This document shows, one piece after another, positions 1 through 10,214 of a stretch of DNA of 64,000 bases. The notes below the pieces were generated by a model. The model did not search any database. It had not been told where the DNA came from and worked only from the letters and a program-made list of their open reading frames with translations. This stretch comes from Lawsonibacter faecis (GTDB lineage Bacteria > Bacillota > Clostridia > Oscillospirales > Oscillospiraceae): assembly GCF_014287675.1 (NCBI RefSeq), contig NZ_JACOPQ010000002.1:168649-232648 (forward strand), written 5' to 3'. Both the position numbers and the translations under genes were made by a program. The stretch's first letter is position 1. Every line of letters begins with the position of its first letter.

Positions 1-623
1 GCGTAGTTCACCTGCATGCCGAAGAAATAGCGGATGACCGCGCCGTAAATGATGCAGCAGATGATCGCGCCGACAAAGCCGCCCACGGCCCCCTCCACCG
101 TCTTCTTGGGGGAGAGCTCGGGCGCCAGCTTGTGCTTGCCGAAGGCCATGCCCGCGAAGAGGGCGAAGGCGTCGCTGGTGAAGGCGGCCACCAGGGGGAG
201 GAGGATGAGATACCGCCCGATATTCACGTCCCCCGAATTCATGGCGTTGAGCCGCACGAAGGAGGAGAGGAAATAGGGGATCAGCATGGCAAAGAAGAAG
301 GAGCCGCCCATCTTCTCCAGCGTGACGGTGTAGTGGCTGGAGATGGCCACAGCAAAAATCAGCACAAAGTAGATGAAAATACCGCACAGGGCGGAGCGCA
401 TCCCCTCGCCGATGAAGACCCAGAAGGGGATCACGCCGGACAGGGCGATGGACAGGGCGGAGATTTTGGAGTTCTTCACAAAGCCCGTGGACCAGAGCAC
501 CTCATGGAGGGCGATCATGGAGAGGGCCGAGATCATAATGGGCAGGAAGATGGGCGGCAGGGCGAAGAACACCACGAAAATGAGCGGGATGCAGACCACC
601 GCCACCAGAATACGTTTACGCAT
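1..623 (-). CDS. cdsA: Phosphatidate cytidylyltransferase CdsA, N-terminal 207 aa; gene runs off the window start
   Basis: Reverse-strand translation starting at the ATG (623) gives MRKRILVAVVCIPLIF...SPKKTVEGAVGG, the CdsA signature motif. It overlaps the uppS stop by 8 nt, as usual for uppS-cdsA. Confidence 0.85.
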   Translation of the reverse strand, partial: MRKRILVAVVCIPLIFVVFFALPPIFLPIMISALSMIALHEVLWSTGFVKNSKISALSIALSGVIPFWVFIGEGMRSALCGIFIYFVLIFAVAISSHYTVTLEKMGGSFFFAMLIPYFLSSFVRLNAMNSGDVNIGRYLILLPLVAAFTSDAFALFAGMAFGKHKLAPELSPKKTVEGAVGGFVGAIICCIIYGAVIRYFFGMQVNY

Positions 624-1371
624 TTGTGACACCTCCGAATCTCCGCTGCCGGCGCTGGTAGGCGGCCAGCGCGCGGTGGAGCTCGTCTTTACTGAAATCG
701 GGCCAGAGCACGTCGGTATAGTAGAACTCGGAATAGGCCGACTGCCACAGCAGGAAATTGGAGATACGCAGCTCGCCGCTGGGGCGGATCACCAGATCCG
801 GATCGGGCACGCCCCGGGAGAAGAGATAGCCGGAAAACTGCCCCTCCGACAGGTGGTTGGGGTCCGCCCTGCCGGACGCGCAGTCCATGGCGAAGGCCTT
901 GGCCGCCCGGATCAGCTCGTCCCGGCCGCCGTAGTTGAGGCAGATGTTTACCTGCACGCCGTCGTAGTGCCTGGAGATCTCCCTGGTCTGCTCGCAGAGG
1001 AGCCGCAGGTCCTCCGGCAGGGGCGAGAGATCCCCGAAAAAGCACATCTTGACCCTGTCCCGCTCCATCTTCTCAATGGCCTCGATGAGGTATTTCTTCA
1101 AAAGGCCCATGATGGCGGCCACCTCGTCGGAGGGGCGCTTCCAGTTCTCGGTGGAGAAGGCGTACACTGTGAGATATTCTAACCCGATTTCCTTGCAGTA
1201 CGTGGCGATGGTCCGAAAATTCTCCGCGCCGGCCGCGTGGCCGGCGGTGCGGGGCAGGCCGCGCTTCTTGGCCCAGCGGCCGTTGCCGTCCATGATGATG
1301 GCGACGTGCCGGGGCAGACGGGTGAAATCCACCAGCGCGGCGGTATTTTCCCTAGGTTTGAAAAAAGGCAT
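616..1371 (-). CDS. uppS: Undecaprenyl-diphosphate synthase (isoprenyl transferase) UppS
   Basis: ORF 616..1461; motifs HVAIIMDGNGRWA, YAFSTENWKRP and RISNFLLWQ. Start chosen at the internal Met (MPFFKP), giving the usual 250-aa length. Confidence 0.9.
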   Translation of the reverse strand: MPFFKPRENTAALVDFTRLPRHVAIIMDGNGRWAKKRGLPRTAGHAAGAENFRTIATYCKEIGLEYLTVYAFSTENWKRPSDEVAAIMGLLKKYLIEAIEKMERDRVKMCFFGDLSPLPEDLRLLCEQTREISRHYDGVQVNICLNYGGRDELIRAAKAFAMDCASGRADPNHLSEGQFSGYLFSRGVPDPDLVIRPSGELRISNFLLWQSAYSEFYYTDVLWPDFSKDELHRALAAYQRRQRRFGGVTNA

Positions 1372-1500
1372 AACCGACTTCCTAAATATAAGATTGAGGT
1401 GCGGAACGCGAATGCGTTCCGCACCAATTTCGCGAAGCGAAACCAGGCTTAAGGGCCGCAAGCGGCAGAATTGCTCCTGCCGCTTACAGCCCCCGGAGGG

Positions 1501-2055
1501 TTAAACCGCCATCAGCTCGGCTTCCTTCTTCTCGCAGAGCTCGTCAATCTGCTTGCAGCGCCTGTCGGTCATATCCTGGAGTTCCTTCTCGTAGTCCTTC
1601 AGGTCGTCCTCGGTGATCTCGGCCTTCTTCTCCATGGCCTTGAACTTGTCCATGGCGTCCCGGCGGATGTTGCGCACGGCCACCTTGCCGCCCTCGGCGT
1701 ACTTCTTCACCTGCTTGGTGAGCTCCTTGCGGCGCTCCTCGGTGAGCTGGGGGAAGCTCAGGCGGATGATGCGCCCGTCGTTCTGGGGGTTGATGCCCAG
1801 GTCGGAGGTCTGGATGGCCTTCTCGATGGCCTTGAGGAGGGAGGCGTCCCAGGGCTGGATGGCCAGGGAGCGGGGATCGGGCGAGGAGATGCTGGCCACC
1901 TGGTTGAGGGGGGTGGGGCTGCCGTAGTAGTCCACGGTGATCCGGTCCAGCACGGCGGCGTTGGCGCGGCCGGCGCGGACGCTGGCGAAGTCGCTCATAA
2001 CCACGTCGATGGTCTTCTGCATCTTTGCGTCGTATTCCTTGTTGATCTCTTTCAT
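1501..2055 (-). CDS. frr: Ribosome recycling factor
   Basis: 184-aa ORF of typical Frr length and composition (coiled-coil KELTKQVKKYAEGGKVAVRNIRRDA); lies in the conserved pyrH-frr-uppS-cdsA order. Confidence 0.9.
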   Translation of the reverse strand: MKEINKEYDAKMQKTIDVVMSDFASVRAGRANAAVLDRITVDYYGSPTPLNQVASISSPDPRSLAIQPWDASLLKAIEKAIQTSDLGINPQNDGRIIRLSFPQLTEERRKELTKQVKKYAEGGKVAVRNIRRDAMDKFKAMEKKAEITEDDLKDYEKELQDMTDRRCKQIDELCEKKEAELMAV

Positions 2056-2059
2056 ATCC

Positions 2060-2779
2060 TTATGCCTCCTTCACAATGGTGCCGATTTTCTCACCCATGA
2101 CCACGCGGTAGATGTTCTCCGGGTCCTTGAGGGCGAAGAGGATGACGGGAATCTTGTTGTCCATGGACAGGGACGTGGCGGTGGAGTCCATGACCTCCAG
2201 GTGCTGGGCCAGGATCTCGTCGTAGGTGATGGTGTCGTATTTCACGGCGCTGGGGTCCTTGTTGGGGTCGGCGGAGTAGACGCCGTCGATGTTCTTGGCA
2301 AGCAGAATCGCGTCGGCGTCGATTTCGGCGGCCCGGAGGACGGCAGCGGTATCGGTGGAGAAGAAGGGGTTGCCGGTGCCGCAGCCGAAGATGACCACCC
2401 TCCCCTTCTCCAGGTGCCGGATGGCGCGGGAGCGGATGTAGGGCTCGGCGATGGCGCGCATCTCAATGGCGGTCTGGACCCGGACCTCCAGGCCGGCCTG
2501 CTCCATCACGTCGGCCAGGGCCAGACAGTTGAGGGTGGTGGCCAGCATGCCCATATGGTCGGCCCGGGTGCGCTCCATCTTGTCGCCCCCGTCCTTCACG
2601 CCCCGCCAAAAGTTGCCGCCGCCCACCACGACGCCCACCTGGACGCCCGCGTCGGCGCACTTCTTAATCACATGGCAGACCTCGCCGATGACGCCGAAGT
2701 CCAGGCCCCGGGAGGCAGCGCCGGCCAGCGCCTCGCCGCTGATTTTGATGAGCACGCGCTTATACTGAGGTTTCGTCAT
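2060..2779 (-). CDS. pyrH: UMP kinase PyrH
   Basis: [12 protein letters not shown] and GGGNFWRG amino-acid kinase motifs. Start set at MTKPQYKRV; an alternative upstream ATG is at 2815. Confidence 0.88.
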   Translation of the reverse strand: MTKPQYKRVLIKISGEALAGAASRGLDFGVIGEVCHVIKKCADAGVQVGVVVGGGNFWRGVKDGGDKMERTRADHMGMLATTLNCLALADVMEQAGLEVRVQTAIEMRAIAEPYIRSRAIRHLEKGRVVIFGCGTGNPFFSTDTAAVLRAAEIDADAILLAKNIDGVYSADPNKDPSAVKYDTITYDEILAQHLEVMDSTATSLSMDNKIPVILFALKDPENIYRVVMGEKIGTIVKEA

Positions 2780-3007
2780 AAACTCGACCCTTTCGTTGCT
2801 GTATTTTGCTTCCATACTTCAGGCATTTTATATCCTCCCTATTTTAATATAAGTTTACCCTTTTGCATAGAGGTTCGGCCAAGTTTTTTCAAATTGTTCT
2901 TATTTCGCCCCGCCCGGCCCCGGCCCCCCGACATGCGGGCAGGGGCCGCCGCGCATACCGCGGCAGCCCCTGCTGCAATTCTTTGAAATTGTGGCCGGAG
3001 GCCCGGC

Positions 3008-6000
3008 CTATTCCCCGGGCTGCGCCGCCAGATGGCGGGCGAGAATCTGGGCAATCTGCGCGCGGGTGGCCGCGCCGCCCGGCATCAGGCAGAGCCTGCC
3101 GTCCGCACCCGCTCCGCCGCTGATAAGGCCCAGGCCCACCGCCCAGCACATTGCGTCGGCGGCATAGCCGGAGACCTCCCCCGCGTCCGTGAACGGCGCC
3201 AGCACGCCGCTCTCCCCGGGCTGCTCCGCGCCGGTATAGCGGTAGAGGATGAGCGCGATCTGCTCCCGGGTGATCGCGCCCTCCGGCCGGAAGCTGCCTC
3301 TGCCGTCGCCGGCGACCACGCCGTTCTCCGCCGCCCAGGCCACCGCGTCGGCGTACCAGAGGCCGGCCTCCACGTCGGCAAAGGGCTCCGCCCCGCCCTT
3401 CGGCGCGGGGCTGCCCGCCATGCGGTGCAGAATGGTCACCAGCTGGGCGCGGCTCAGCGTGCCGTCCGCGTCAAAGCGGCCCGCGCCGACGCCCTCCATG
3501 TATCCGCGCTCCAGCATCATGTCCACCGCGTCGTGGTACCAGGCGTTCCGCCCGACGTCGGTAAAGGCATCGCTCGGGCAGACCGCCGCCTCCAGCGCCG
3601 TCCTGGCCGCCTCCAGGGCGGCGTTGACCTTCGACTTGGCCGCCGCGGTCCGGACGGCCCTCTCGCCGTCGGAGAGGGCCTGCTCCAGGCGGGCCTTCCG
3701 GCAGGCGCAGGCGCCGGCCGGGTCCATGGACTCATAGATCTCCCGCAGCTCCCGCAGGGCCTTTTTCCGGGCGGTGGTCACGGCCGTGTCCCCCCAGACG
3801 GCGATCTCCCGCTCCAGGGCGCTCACCGCCGCATCCAGCGCGTCTGCCGCTGCGTCCAGCGTCTGCTGGTCCGCCTGCCCCTTCAAAAGCCGCTCCGCCG
3901 CGTCCAGCGCGGCCTGATAAACCTCCAGAGAGGCCTCGGTCATGCCGTCAAGCTCCGCCTTTTTCGCGTTCTCGACCGCTTTCTCCAGCTTTGTCCTGTC
4001 GGGCACGGGGGCGTCCGTATCCACCACGATGCTCCCCGCCGCCTCCGCCAGGACAGCCCCGTCCCGGCTCAGGAGCCGCGCGGTGACCCCGTGGGTCCCC
4101 CGGGGCAGGTAGTGGACCGTGTAGGACCACGCGCCGTCCCTGCTCAGCGCGGCGGTGTCCTCGTACCCCGCGAAGCTCAGCGCCACGCGGTCGCCGCTCC
4201 GGGCGGTCCCTGAGAGCGCAAAGGGGAAGGCGGTCACGGAGGAGGTAATCGACACATTGTCGTACTCCGCCCGCTGTCCGCTGGTGTACATGCCACAGGG
4301 CCCGGTCGTCAGTGCCGGGGACTTGCCGTCATCCTCCACATCCAGGATTTTGTCTCCGTCGATATACAGGACAAAGTGTTCGCCCTCAATCACCGCTTTA
4401 AAATGATAGGTCTGTCCAGCCGCCATTGTAAAGCTGCTGTCCGTGACATTCTGCTTAATTTCATTGTCCGCCCGTTTCAAGAAGCGGATGCCGGTCCCGG
4501 GCGTATAGACAAACAGGTAATTGTTGTTGCTGTCCTGATAGCGGAAGGTGAGTCCGAAGGTCTTCTTGTCAATCAGCTCCGTGGGCGTCACGTCCACCTC
4601 AATGGTATAGTCGTCGCCGATACCGGCCGCCGTCACAATGGTACCCCGCGCCCCGCCGTCGGTATTCAGATAGGTCAGCGTGCCGCCGGACACCGCATAG
4701 CCGCCCGTATGGTCGGTCCACCCGCTGAGATCGCCTCCGAAGTCCTCGGTTACCTCGGCCGCCGGGCTCAGGATTTCAACGGCGCTGGCGGCGACCTCCA
4801 CCGGGACCGCGTTGGAGACGACTGTGACGATGACGCCGCTGCGGTCCTCCAGCGTCACCTCCGCGGTGATCTCCGCCGTGCCCGCGGCCCTGGCGTCAAT
4901 GACGCCAGCGCCGTCCACGGCGGCCACGGCCTCGTCCGAGGAGCGGTAGCGCACGGCGGCCCCGTCCAGCTCCGCGAAGCCGCCGTCGTCCAGCCGGGCG
5001 CTCAGGGCGGTCCCGGCCCGCTCGCCAATCCAAAGCTCGGTTTTCTCCGCCTTGAGCGCGGCGGAGACCACGGCGCCCGTGCCCTCGCCGCCCCTCAGCT
5101 CGTAGCTGTGCCCCGCCTCAAAGGGGAACTTGATGGAGCCGTTGACCTCGTTGTACTCGAACTCCACGGTCTCCTCGGCGGTGACGTCGTACACCTCCAG
5201 CGTGGATACGGACCAGCCGTCGTTGCGGTTTGTAACGGTGGATTTGGTCGCGCCGTCCACGAAGGTGTACTCGTAGACCGAGCCCTTCCCCGCCACGGGG
5301 AACACCTCGGCGAAGTAGCTCCCCTTGTGCTCCATATCCTCGCCCACCAGGACGCCCTTGCCGCCGATGAAGGCGGGCATCTGGTCAATGGGCGCCTCGC
5401 GGTCCTTCAGGGTGACGGGGCCCTCGAACACCTCGCCGGTGTCGTACTGAATCCACCTGCCCTCGGGCAGGTAGACGTCCCGGCTGTGGGCGGTCAGGTG
5501 GTCGGTGCCGAAGAGGGGCGCGGCCAGCACGGACTCGCCCAGCATCCACTGGAACATCCGCTTTTCGCTGTTAATCATATCGTAGACCGCGTCGTCCTCA
5601 GGATAGGCGATGTAGAGGGGCGTCATGGAGAGGGGGTAGCCGGTCTCATAGCTCTTGAGGGCGGCGTCGTAGATGTAGGGCGCATAGGTGCTGTGCCAGT
5701 TGATGGCCTTGAAGGCGGCGTCCTTCTTCTCCTGGTCGTCCATCTTCAGCACGTTGACGCCCACGGACTGGCTGGGGCACAGGGCCGCCATATAGGCGTT
5801 GCGGACGATGTAGTTCTGATTGGCGGGATTGTGGACGTCCGCGCCGGTGCCGCCGATGATGTCCGGGTAGACGTTGGACTGGCCGCTGGCCGCGTAGGCG
5901 AGGGAGTTGATGACCATGCGGTCGGGGGAGTTGTTGAAGCTGTTGTTATTGGCTCCGTAGTTTGCGTCGTTGATGCGCAGGACGTCGCCGGGCAGGCAGT

Positions 6001-8653
6001 AGGAGGCGTTGCGGACGATGAGGCAGTTGTCCTTCTCCTCCGCCATATACTGCTGCAGCTTGTTCCAGTTGTCGTCGTGGTGGGTGGTCTGGAGCATCAT
6101 GCAGTCTTCCTTGAAGCCGTCCACACCCCAGAGGTCGGCATGGTCGGAGAACCACTTCACCGCCTCGGGGTTCTCCGCGTCAATAACGCCCACAGGGCCA
6201 CGGGGCTCGATGCCGCCGGTGGGGTACTTGGCGCTGACGGTGTACAGGCTGCCGTCGTCGTTGGTGAGGAAATAGCCCTTGTCCAGCGCCTCGTAGACGA
6301 AATCGCCGTCCACCGACGCATCCGATTTCCCGCCGTATCTGACGCCCTTGTAGCTTTCGGGCAGCTTGATGTGGTTGCGCAGGCCCACCAGGAGCTTCAT
6401 GCCGTTTTCGCTGAAAAACTGCTTGAGCCCGTCCGGGTCCGGGAAGCGGGGGTTGGGCAGGCCGTCCTTCCGCCCCGCCGGGTCCGCCGTGTCGTCCCAC
6501 ATGCCGAAGCTGGTGGTGGTTCCCTCCAGCCCCTTGCGGTCCCCCTTCCAGAAGCCGGAGCCGATGACGCCCCAGGTGAGGTTGTAGCCGCTCTCCAGGT
6601 AGTCGGTCAGGGTGTCCGTCACGGACGCCTGGTAGGCGTTCCAGCCCAGCGAGCCGAAGGCCTCCCACCCCAGGCCGAACATCTCGAAGTGGGGCTTGGC
6701 GTCCACATAGCCCAAAGCGTTGCGCACCTGCTTGTAGTCGCCGTAGATCTCCTCCATGGTGCCGAAGAAGTAGTAAAGCCCATCCACCTTTTTGGCCCGG
6801 CAGACCCCCAGGAGGGTCTGGTCCCCGGTGATGGCCACCCGCTTGTCGTCGCTCTCGAAGAGCACCTGGGCAAAGCCGAGCTGGGGCGCGACGGAGAAAT
6901 TGCTGATGAAGCGGGCGGTGCTGTTCTTGTTGGTGAAGTCCCCCTCCTTCAGGCGGTTGACGCCCACCACGTTGGAGGTCTCCCGCACGCCCATACCCGT
7001 GTTTCCGTGGGCGCCGTAGTCCCCCAGGCCGTACATATACTCGATGCCGCCGGCCAGCCGGGCGTCGATGACGTAGTAGTCTTCCGCAGGCTCCGGATCG
7101 GGCTGCGGCTCCTCCGTGCCGTCGGTCACTCTGCCGGAGCCGGCCACGGTCCAGTCGCCGCTCAAAGTCTCAGCCGCAAAATCGTCCCGGAAGAGCTCCC
7201 CGCCCGACGCGGAGGTCACCAGGAAGCTGTCCGTCAGGCTGGTGGAGTCCTTCGTGCGGACGCCGGCCAGGCCGGATGTGAAGGTGCCATCCGCCGCGGT
7301 GAGGACGGTCTCGCCGTCCAGGGAGCAGGTAATCTGTCCGTCCCTCATGGTGGCCGCCAGCACATAGCGCTTATCAAAGCCATAGGGCTTCGCCGCGGAT
7401 TGAACGACGGTCTCCACACCGTCCACGGTCTTGCAGAGGTACAGCGTCTCCTGCGCGCCGAAGCGGAAGTCGTAGTAATTGTTCTCGTCCTGATAGCCGA
7501 AAATCAGGCCGTGGGCGGTCTCCTCGTCCCCCTTGGCGAAGGACGTCCCCGCGCTGACGGTGTAGTCCCTCCAGTCCGCCTCGCCGGTCACGGCGGTGGA
7601 GAGGGAATTGCCCACCAGCTCCAGATAGCGCACTGCGGCGGGCGCACGGGTCAGCTCCAGGCGGTCCGCGCCCATCACATAGGCGAGGGACTTCCTGAGC
7701 TGCTCCACGTCGCCGCTCTCAAAGTCGTTCTCGTAGTAGACGGTCTGCCCGTCGTTGCTCGTCACCCGGAAGTCGTCGAACCAGGCGTCCATTTTGTCCG
7801 CCCGCAGGCCCGCCGTACCCGTCAGCAGCCCGGCGGACGCCGTTGTGTCCTCCACGTCCACCACAAGCTTACCGTCCACATAGCCCTGCAGCCGGCTGCC
7901 CGTGGAGACCAGCTTCAGGGCGTACCAGGTGCCTTTTTGAATATCGACGGGCGCGGAGACGCTGAAATCCACCGACGTACCGTCCTCATTCAGCCGCTTG
8001 AGCATCACCATGCCCGGCTTGATAAAGAAGAGGTGAAAGCCGTTTGCAGCGTTGAAATGGGAGTAGACGCCCGCCGAACGGGTGCCGTCCTCCGGCAGCT
8101 TTACCCTGGCCTCCACCGTATAGTCGCCGCCCGGCACAAGGCCGTCCGCCAGCTTCCAAACCGTGGCGTCCCCGCCGCTCAGGCTCCCCTTCACCAGCAG
8201 TGCGCCGCCTTCCCCGCCGGCGTCCAGCACCTCCGGCAGATTGGCCGCGGCCGGCTCCGCGCCGCCCGGCACGGGGAGAATTTCAAACTGCACATAGCGC
8301 TCGGACAAGTGGAGCTTTACCTCCGCCCTGCCGCCCTGCTCATTGGTCACGGCAAAGCAGGCGGTATCGCCCTCCATCCCAGTGTACTCGGACTCCGTCA
8401 CCGGGTAGGACACACCCCCGGCGCTGCCGAAGCATACGCCGGACTGGGTATGCGCGTCCACGATCACCGTGCCGTCCGGCCGGTAAAATCCATAGCGGAA
8501 GCCCGCCTTTTCAATCTGAATCGTGTAGTTCTCCCGCGCGATGGTCACGGTGGTCTCCGTCACGGTGACGCCCGGCTCCGCCCCCTGTGCGGGCAGCGCC
8601 AGCACTCCGAGCAGGATGGAGACCGTCAGCAGGATTGACAGCATTCTTTTCAT
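3008..8653 (-). CDS. Very large (1,881 aa) secreted glycoside hydrolase, GH31-like catalytic core, with lectin/Big-like modules, a coiled-coil spacer and three C-terminal SLH anchoring domains
   Basis: Signal peptide MKRMLSILLTVSILLGVLALPAQGA. GH31-like nucleophile region GVDGFKEDCMM and acid/base-like GTGADVHNP. Three SLH repeats at the C-terminus (FTDVGRNAWYHDAV..., FADVEAGLWYADAV..., FTDAGEVSGYAADAM...). RBS ggaggt lies 6 nt before the ATG. Confidence 0.7.
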   Translation of the reverse strand: MKRMLSILLTVSILLGVLALPAQGAEPGVTVTETTVTIARENYTIQIEKAGFRYGFYRPDGTVIVDAHTQSGVCFGSAGGVSYPVTESEYTGMEGDTACFAVTNEQGGRAEVKLHLSERYVQFEILPVPGGAEPAAANLPEVLDAGGEGGALLVKGSLSGGDATVWKLADGLVPGGDYTVEARVKLPEDGTRSAGVYSHFNAANGFHLFFIKPGMVMLKRLNEDGTSVDFSVSAPVDIQKGTWYALKLVSTGSRLQGYVDGKLVVDVEDTTASAGLLTGTAGLRADKMDAWFDDFRVTSNDGQTVYYENDFESGDVEQLRKSLAYVMGADRLELTRAPAAVRYLELVGNSLSTAVTGEADWRDYTVSAGTSFAKGDEETAHGLIFGYQDENNYYDFRFGAQETLYLCKTVDGVETVVQSAAKPYGFDKRYVLAATMRDGQITCSLDGETVLTAADGTFTSGLAGVRTKDSTSLTDSFLVTSASGGELFRDDFAAETLSGDWTVAGSGRVTDGTEEPQPDPEPAEDYYVIDARLAGGIEYMYGLGDYGAHGNTGMGVRETSNVVGVNRLKEGDFTNKNSTARFISNFSVAPQLGFAQVLFESDDKRVAITGDQTLLGVCRAKKVDGLYYFFGTMEEIYGDYKQVRNALGYVDAKPHFEMFGLGWEAFGSLGWNAYQASVTDTLTDYLESGYNLTWGVIGSGFWKGDRKGLEGTTTSFGMWDDTADPAGRKDGLPNPRFPDPDGLKQFFSENGMKLLVGLRNHIKLPESYKGVRYGGKSDASVDGDFVYEALDKGYFLTNDDGSLYTVSAKYPTGGIEPRGPVGVIDAENPEAVKWFSDHADLWGVDGFKEDCMMLQTTHHDDNWNKLQQYMAEEKDNCLIVRNASYCLPGDVLRINDANYGANNNSFNNSPDRMVINSLAYAASGQSNVYPDIIGGTGADVHNPANQNYIVRNAYMAALCPSQSVGVNVLKMDDQEKKDAAFKAINWHSTYAPYIYDAALKSYETGYPLSMTPLYIAYPEDDAVYDMINSEKRMFQWMLGESVLAAPLFGTDHLTAHSRDVYLPEGRWIQYDTGEVFEGPVTLKDREAPIDQMPAFIGGKGVLVGEDMEHKGSYFAEVFPVAGKGSVYEYTFVDGATKSTVTNRNDGWSVSTLEVYDVTAEETVEFEYNEVNGSIKFPFEAGHSYELRGGEGTGAVVSAALKAEKTELWIGERAGTALSARLDDGGFAELDGAAVRYRSSDEAVAAVDGAGVIDARAAGTAEITAEVTLEDRSGVIVTVVSNAVPVEVAASAVEILSPAAEVTEDFGGDLSGWTDHTGGYAVSGGTLTYLNTDGGARGTIVTAAGIGDDYTIEVDVTPTELIDKKTFGLTFRYQDSNNNYLFVYTPGTGIRFLKRADNEIKQNVTDSSFTMAAGQTYHFKAVIEGEHFVLYIDGDKILDVEDDGKSPALTTGPCGMYTSGQRAEYDNVSITSSVTAFPFALSGTARSGDRVALSFAGYEDTAALSRDGAWSYTVHYLPRGTHGVTARLLSRDGAVLAEAAGSIVVDTDAPVPDRTKLEKAVENAKKAELDGMTEASLEVYQAALDAAERLLKGQADQQTLDAAADALDAAVSALEREIAVWGDTAVTTARKKALRELREIYESMDPAGACACRKARLEQALSDGERAVRTAAAKSKVNAALEAARTALEAAVCPSDAFTDVGRNAWYHDAVDMMLERGYMEGVGAGRFDADGTLSRAQLVTILHRMAGSPAPKGGAEPFADVEAGLWYADAVAWAAENGVVAGDGRGSFRPEGAITREQIALILYRYTGAEQPGESGVLAPFTDAGEVSGYAADAMCWAVGLGLISGGAGADGRLCLMPGGAATRAQIAQILARHLAAQPGE

Positions 8654-8803
8654 CGTTTACCTCCCCGCGCCGTCCGGCGCTTCCTCAATGATTTGATACC
8701 GCCCTGATTGGAACCCCCAGGTCCTCTCTCCCCCTCTCCGGCCTCTGCGGACCGGGCGCATTTATCTGCACTGGCCCCATATGCACTGTACTATTTTTTC
8801 CAG

Positions 8804-8816
8804 ACAGTTTAACTGT
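8804..8816. promoter_or_regulatory. 13-bp perfect palindrome acagtttaactgt in the AT-rich region upstream of the GH31-SLH gene; putative regulator-binding site
   Basis: Direct reading of the sequence; it sits in an AT-rich intergenic stretch between the divergent GH and DegV genes. Confidence 0.3.
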
Positions 8817-9143
8817 TTCTTCCATCACTTTTGCAAAAAAGGACAAAATACCCCCTAAATTTGCAGGTATTGCTTTTTATTTTCCATTTTGTTTGTATGA
8901 GTATACCAAATACCGCCTCTGTTTGCCTTCATTTTTTGATACTGTATCTGGATAAATCAACACAGTTATAGAATTGTTTTCTCTTGATATCCGCCTCCGT
9001 CCGGCCGCGGCGGCCCGCTCCTCCGCCGGAGTCCTCCAAAGGCGGGGCTTGCTTCCCGGGAGATTTGGCATTACAATAAAGGATATCATACGATGGAATT
9101 CAAACCCCCGGCAGCGCCCCGCGCCGCCGGAAAGGAGCGCTTT

Positions 9144-9989
9144 ATGGCAGTCAAAATTACCTCCGACAGCACCTGCGACCTGACGGCGGACCTCGTCGCC
9201 GCCCATGATATTGAAATTGTCCCTCTGTCCATCGTCAAGGACGGCAGGCCCTACCGGGACGGGGTGGAGATTACTCCCGCCGATATCTTCCGCCATGTGG
9301 ACGCCGGGGGCGATATCACCACCACCGCCGCCGTCAGCGTGGGCGAGTACCACGACGTGTTCGAGCGCCTCTCCCCCCGGTACGAGGCGGTCATCCACAT
9401 CACCATCAGCGCCGATTTCTCCTCCTGCTTCCAAAACGCCTGCATCGCCGCGGGCGATTTCGACAACGTCTACGTGGTGGACTCCCGCAACCTCTCCTCC
9501 GGCCACGGCCATGTGGTGGTGGAGGCCGCGCTGGCCGCCGAGGCGGGCATGGAGGTGCGGGACATCGTCACCTTCCTCAACGGCCTCACCCCCCGGGTGG
9601 AGGCCAGCTTCATCATCGACCGGCTGGACTACATGGTCAAGGGCGGGCGCTGCAGCGCCGTGACCATGCTGGGGGCCAACCTGCTCAGGCTCAAGCCCTG
9701 CATTGAGGTGAGGGACGGAAAGATGGGCGTGGTGAAGAAATACCGCGGCTCCTTCCAGAAGTGCCTGACGGACTACGTGAGGGACCGGCTCCAGGGCCGG
9801 GACGATATTGAGACCGAGCGTATCTTCATCACACACCCCGACGCCCCCGCCGAGGCGGTGGAGGCCGTCCGGGCGGAGATTTCCAAGTACCGGTCCTTCC
9901 GGCGGGTCATCGAGACCAGGGCGGGCTGCACCGTCTCCTCCCACTGCGGCCCCAATACCCTGGGCATCCTCTTCATCCGCAGCAAATAG
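9144..9989 (+). CDS. DegV family fatty-acid-binding protein
   Basis: ORF 9093..9989; N-terminal ITSDSTCDL and typical DegV length. Start taken at MAVKITSDS. Confidence 0.85.
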   Translation: MAVKITSDSTCDLTADLVAAHDIEIVPLSIVKDGRPYRDGVEITPADIFRHVDAGGDITTTAAVSVGEYHDVFERLSPRYEAVIHITISADFSSCFQNACIAAGDFDNVYVVDSRNLSSGHGHVVVEAALAAEAGMEVRDIVTFLNGLTPRVEASFIIDRLDYMVKGGRCSAVTMLGANLLRLKPCIEVRDGKMGVVKKYRGSFQKCLTDYVRDRLQGRDDIETERIFITHPDAPAEAVEAVRAEISKYRSFRRVIETRAGCTVSSHCGPNTLGILFIRSK

Positions 9990-10000
9990 GCAAAAAGAGA

Positions 10001-10036
10001 GCGCCCCGGCGTCAATGATGTTGACGCCGGGGCGCT
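10001..10036 (+). terminator. Stem-loop terminator after the DegV gene
   Basis: gcgccccggcgtcaa...ttgacgccggggcgc inverted repeat immediately after the stop. Confidence 0.55.
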
Positions 10037-10075
10037 CGGGCTGTCTAAAAATTCTGCGCAGGGCAAGCCTCGCAG

Positions 10076-10210
10076 AGCTGCGCCGTCCGCGGACGGCGCA
10101 GTCAAATGAAACTCCGTTATTTCCGGGGACATGGGCCTGAGAAATTGACGCTTCTCATGACGGATGGGGCGGCTTTTTCCCGAGGAATCGAGCCCCAGAG
10201 GTCATGCAGC
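10076..10210. repeat. Copy 1 of a dispersed two-hairpin intergenic repeat; truncated where it abuts the HK gene end
   Basis: About 90% identical to the reverse complement of 31081..31210: gcgccgtccgcggacggcgc hairpin ... ggggacatgggcct.gagaaa.tgacgcttctcatgacgg.tggggcg.ctttttcc...gccccag.cgtcatg. Confidence 0.8.
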
Positions 10211-10214
10211 CCGT

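Noticed and set aside
4376-8638. 1,420-aa ORF on the plus strand opposite the GH31-SLH gene; similar long antisense ORFs occur at 10164..11582, 12467..14749, 17175..19082, 34547..35836 and 55284..56966
   Set aside because: High-GC DNA yields long stop-free antisense frames. Their translations are low-complexity (G/A/R/P-rich) with no start context, and they overlap well-supported genes on the other strand.
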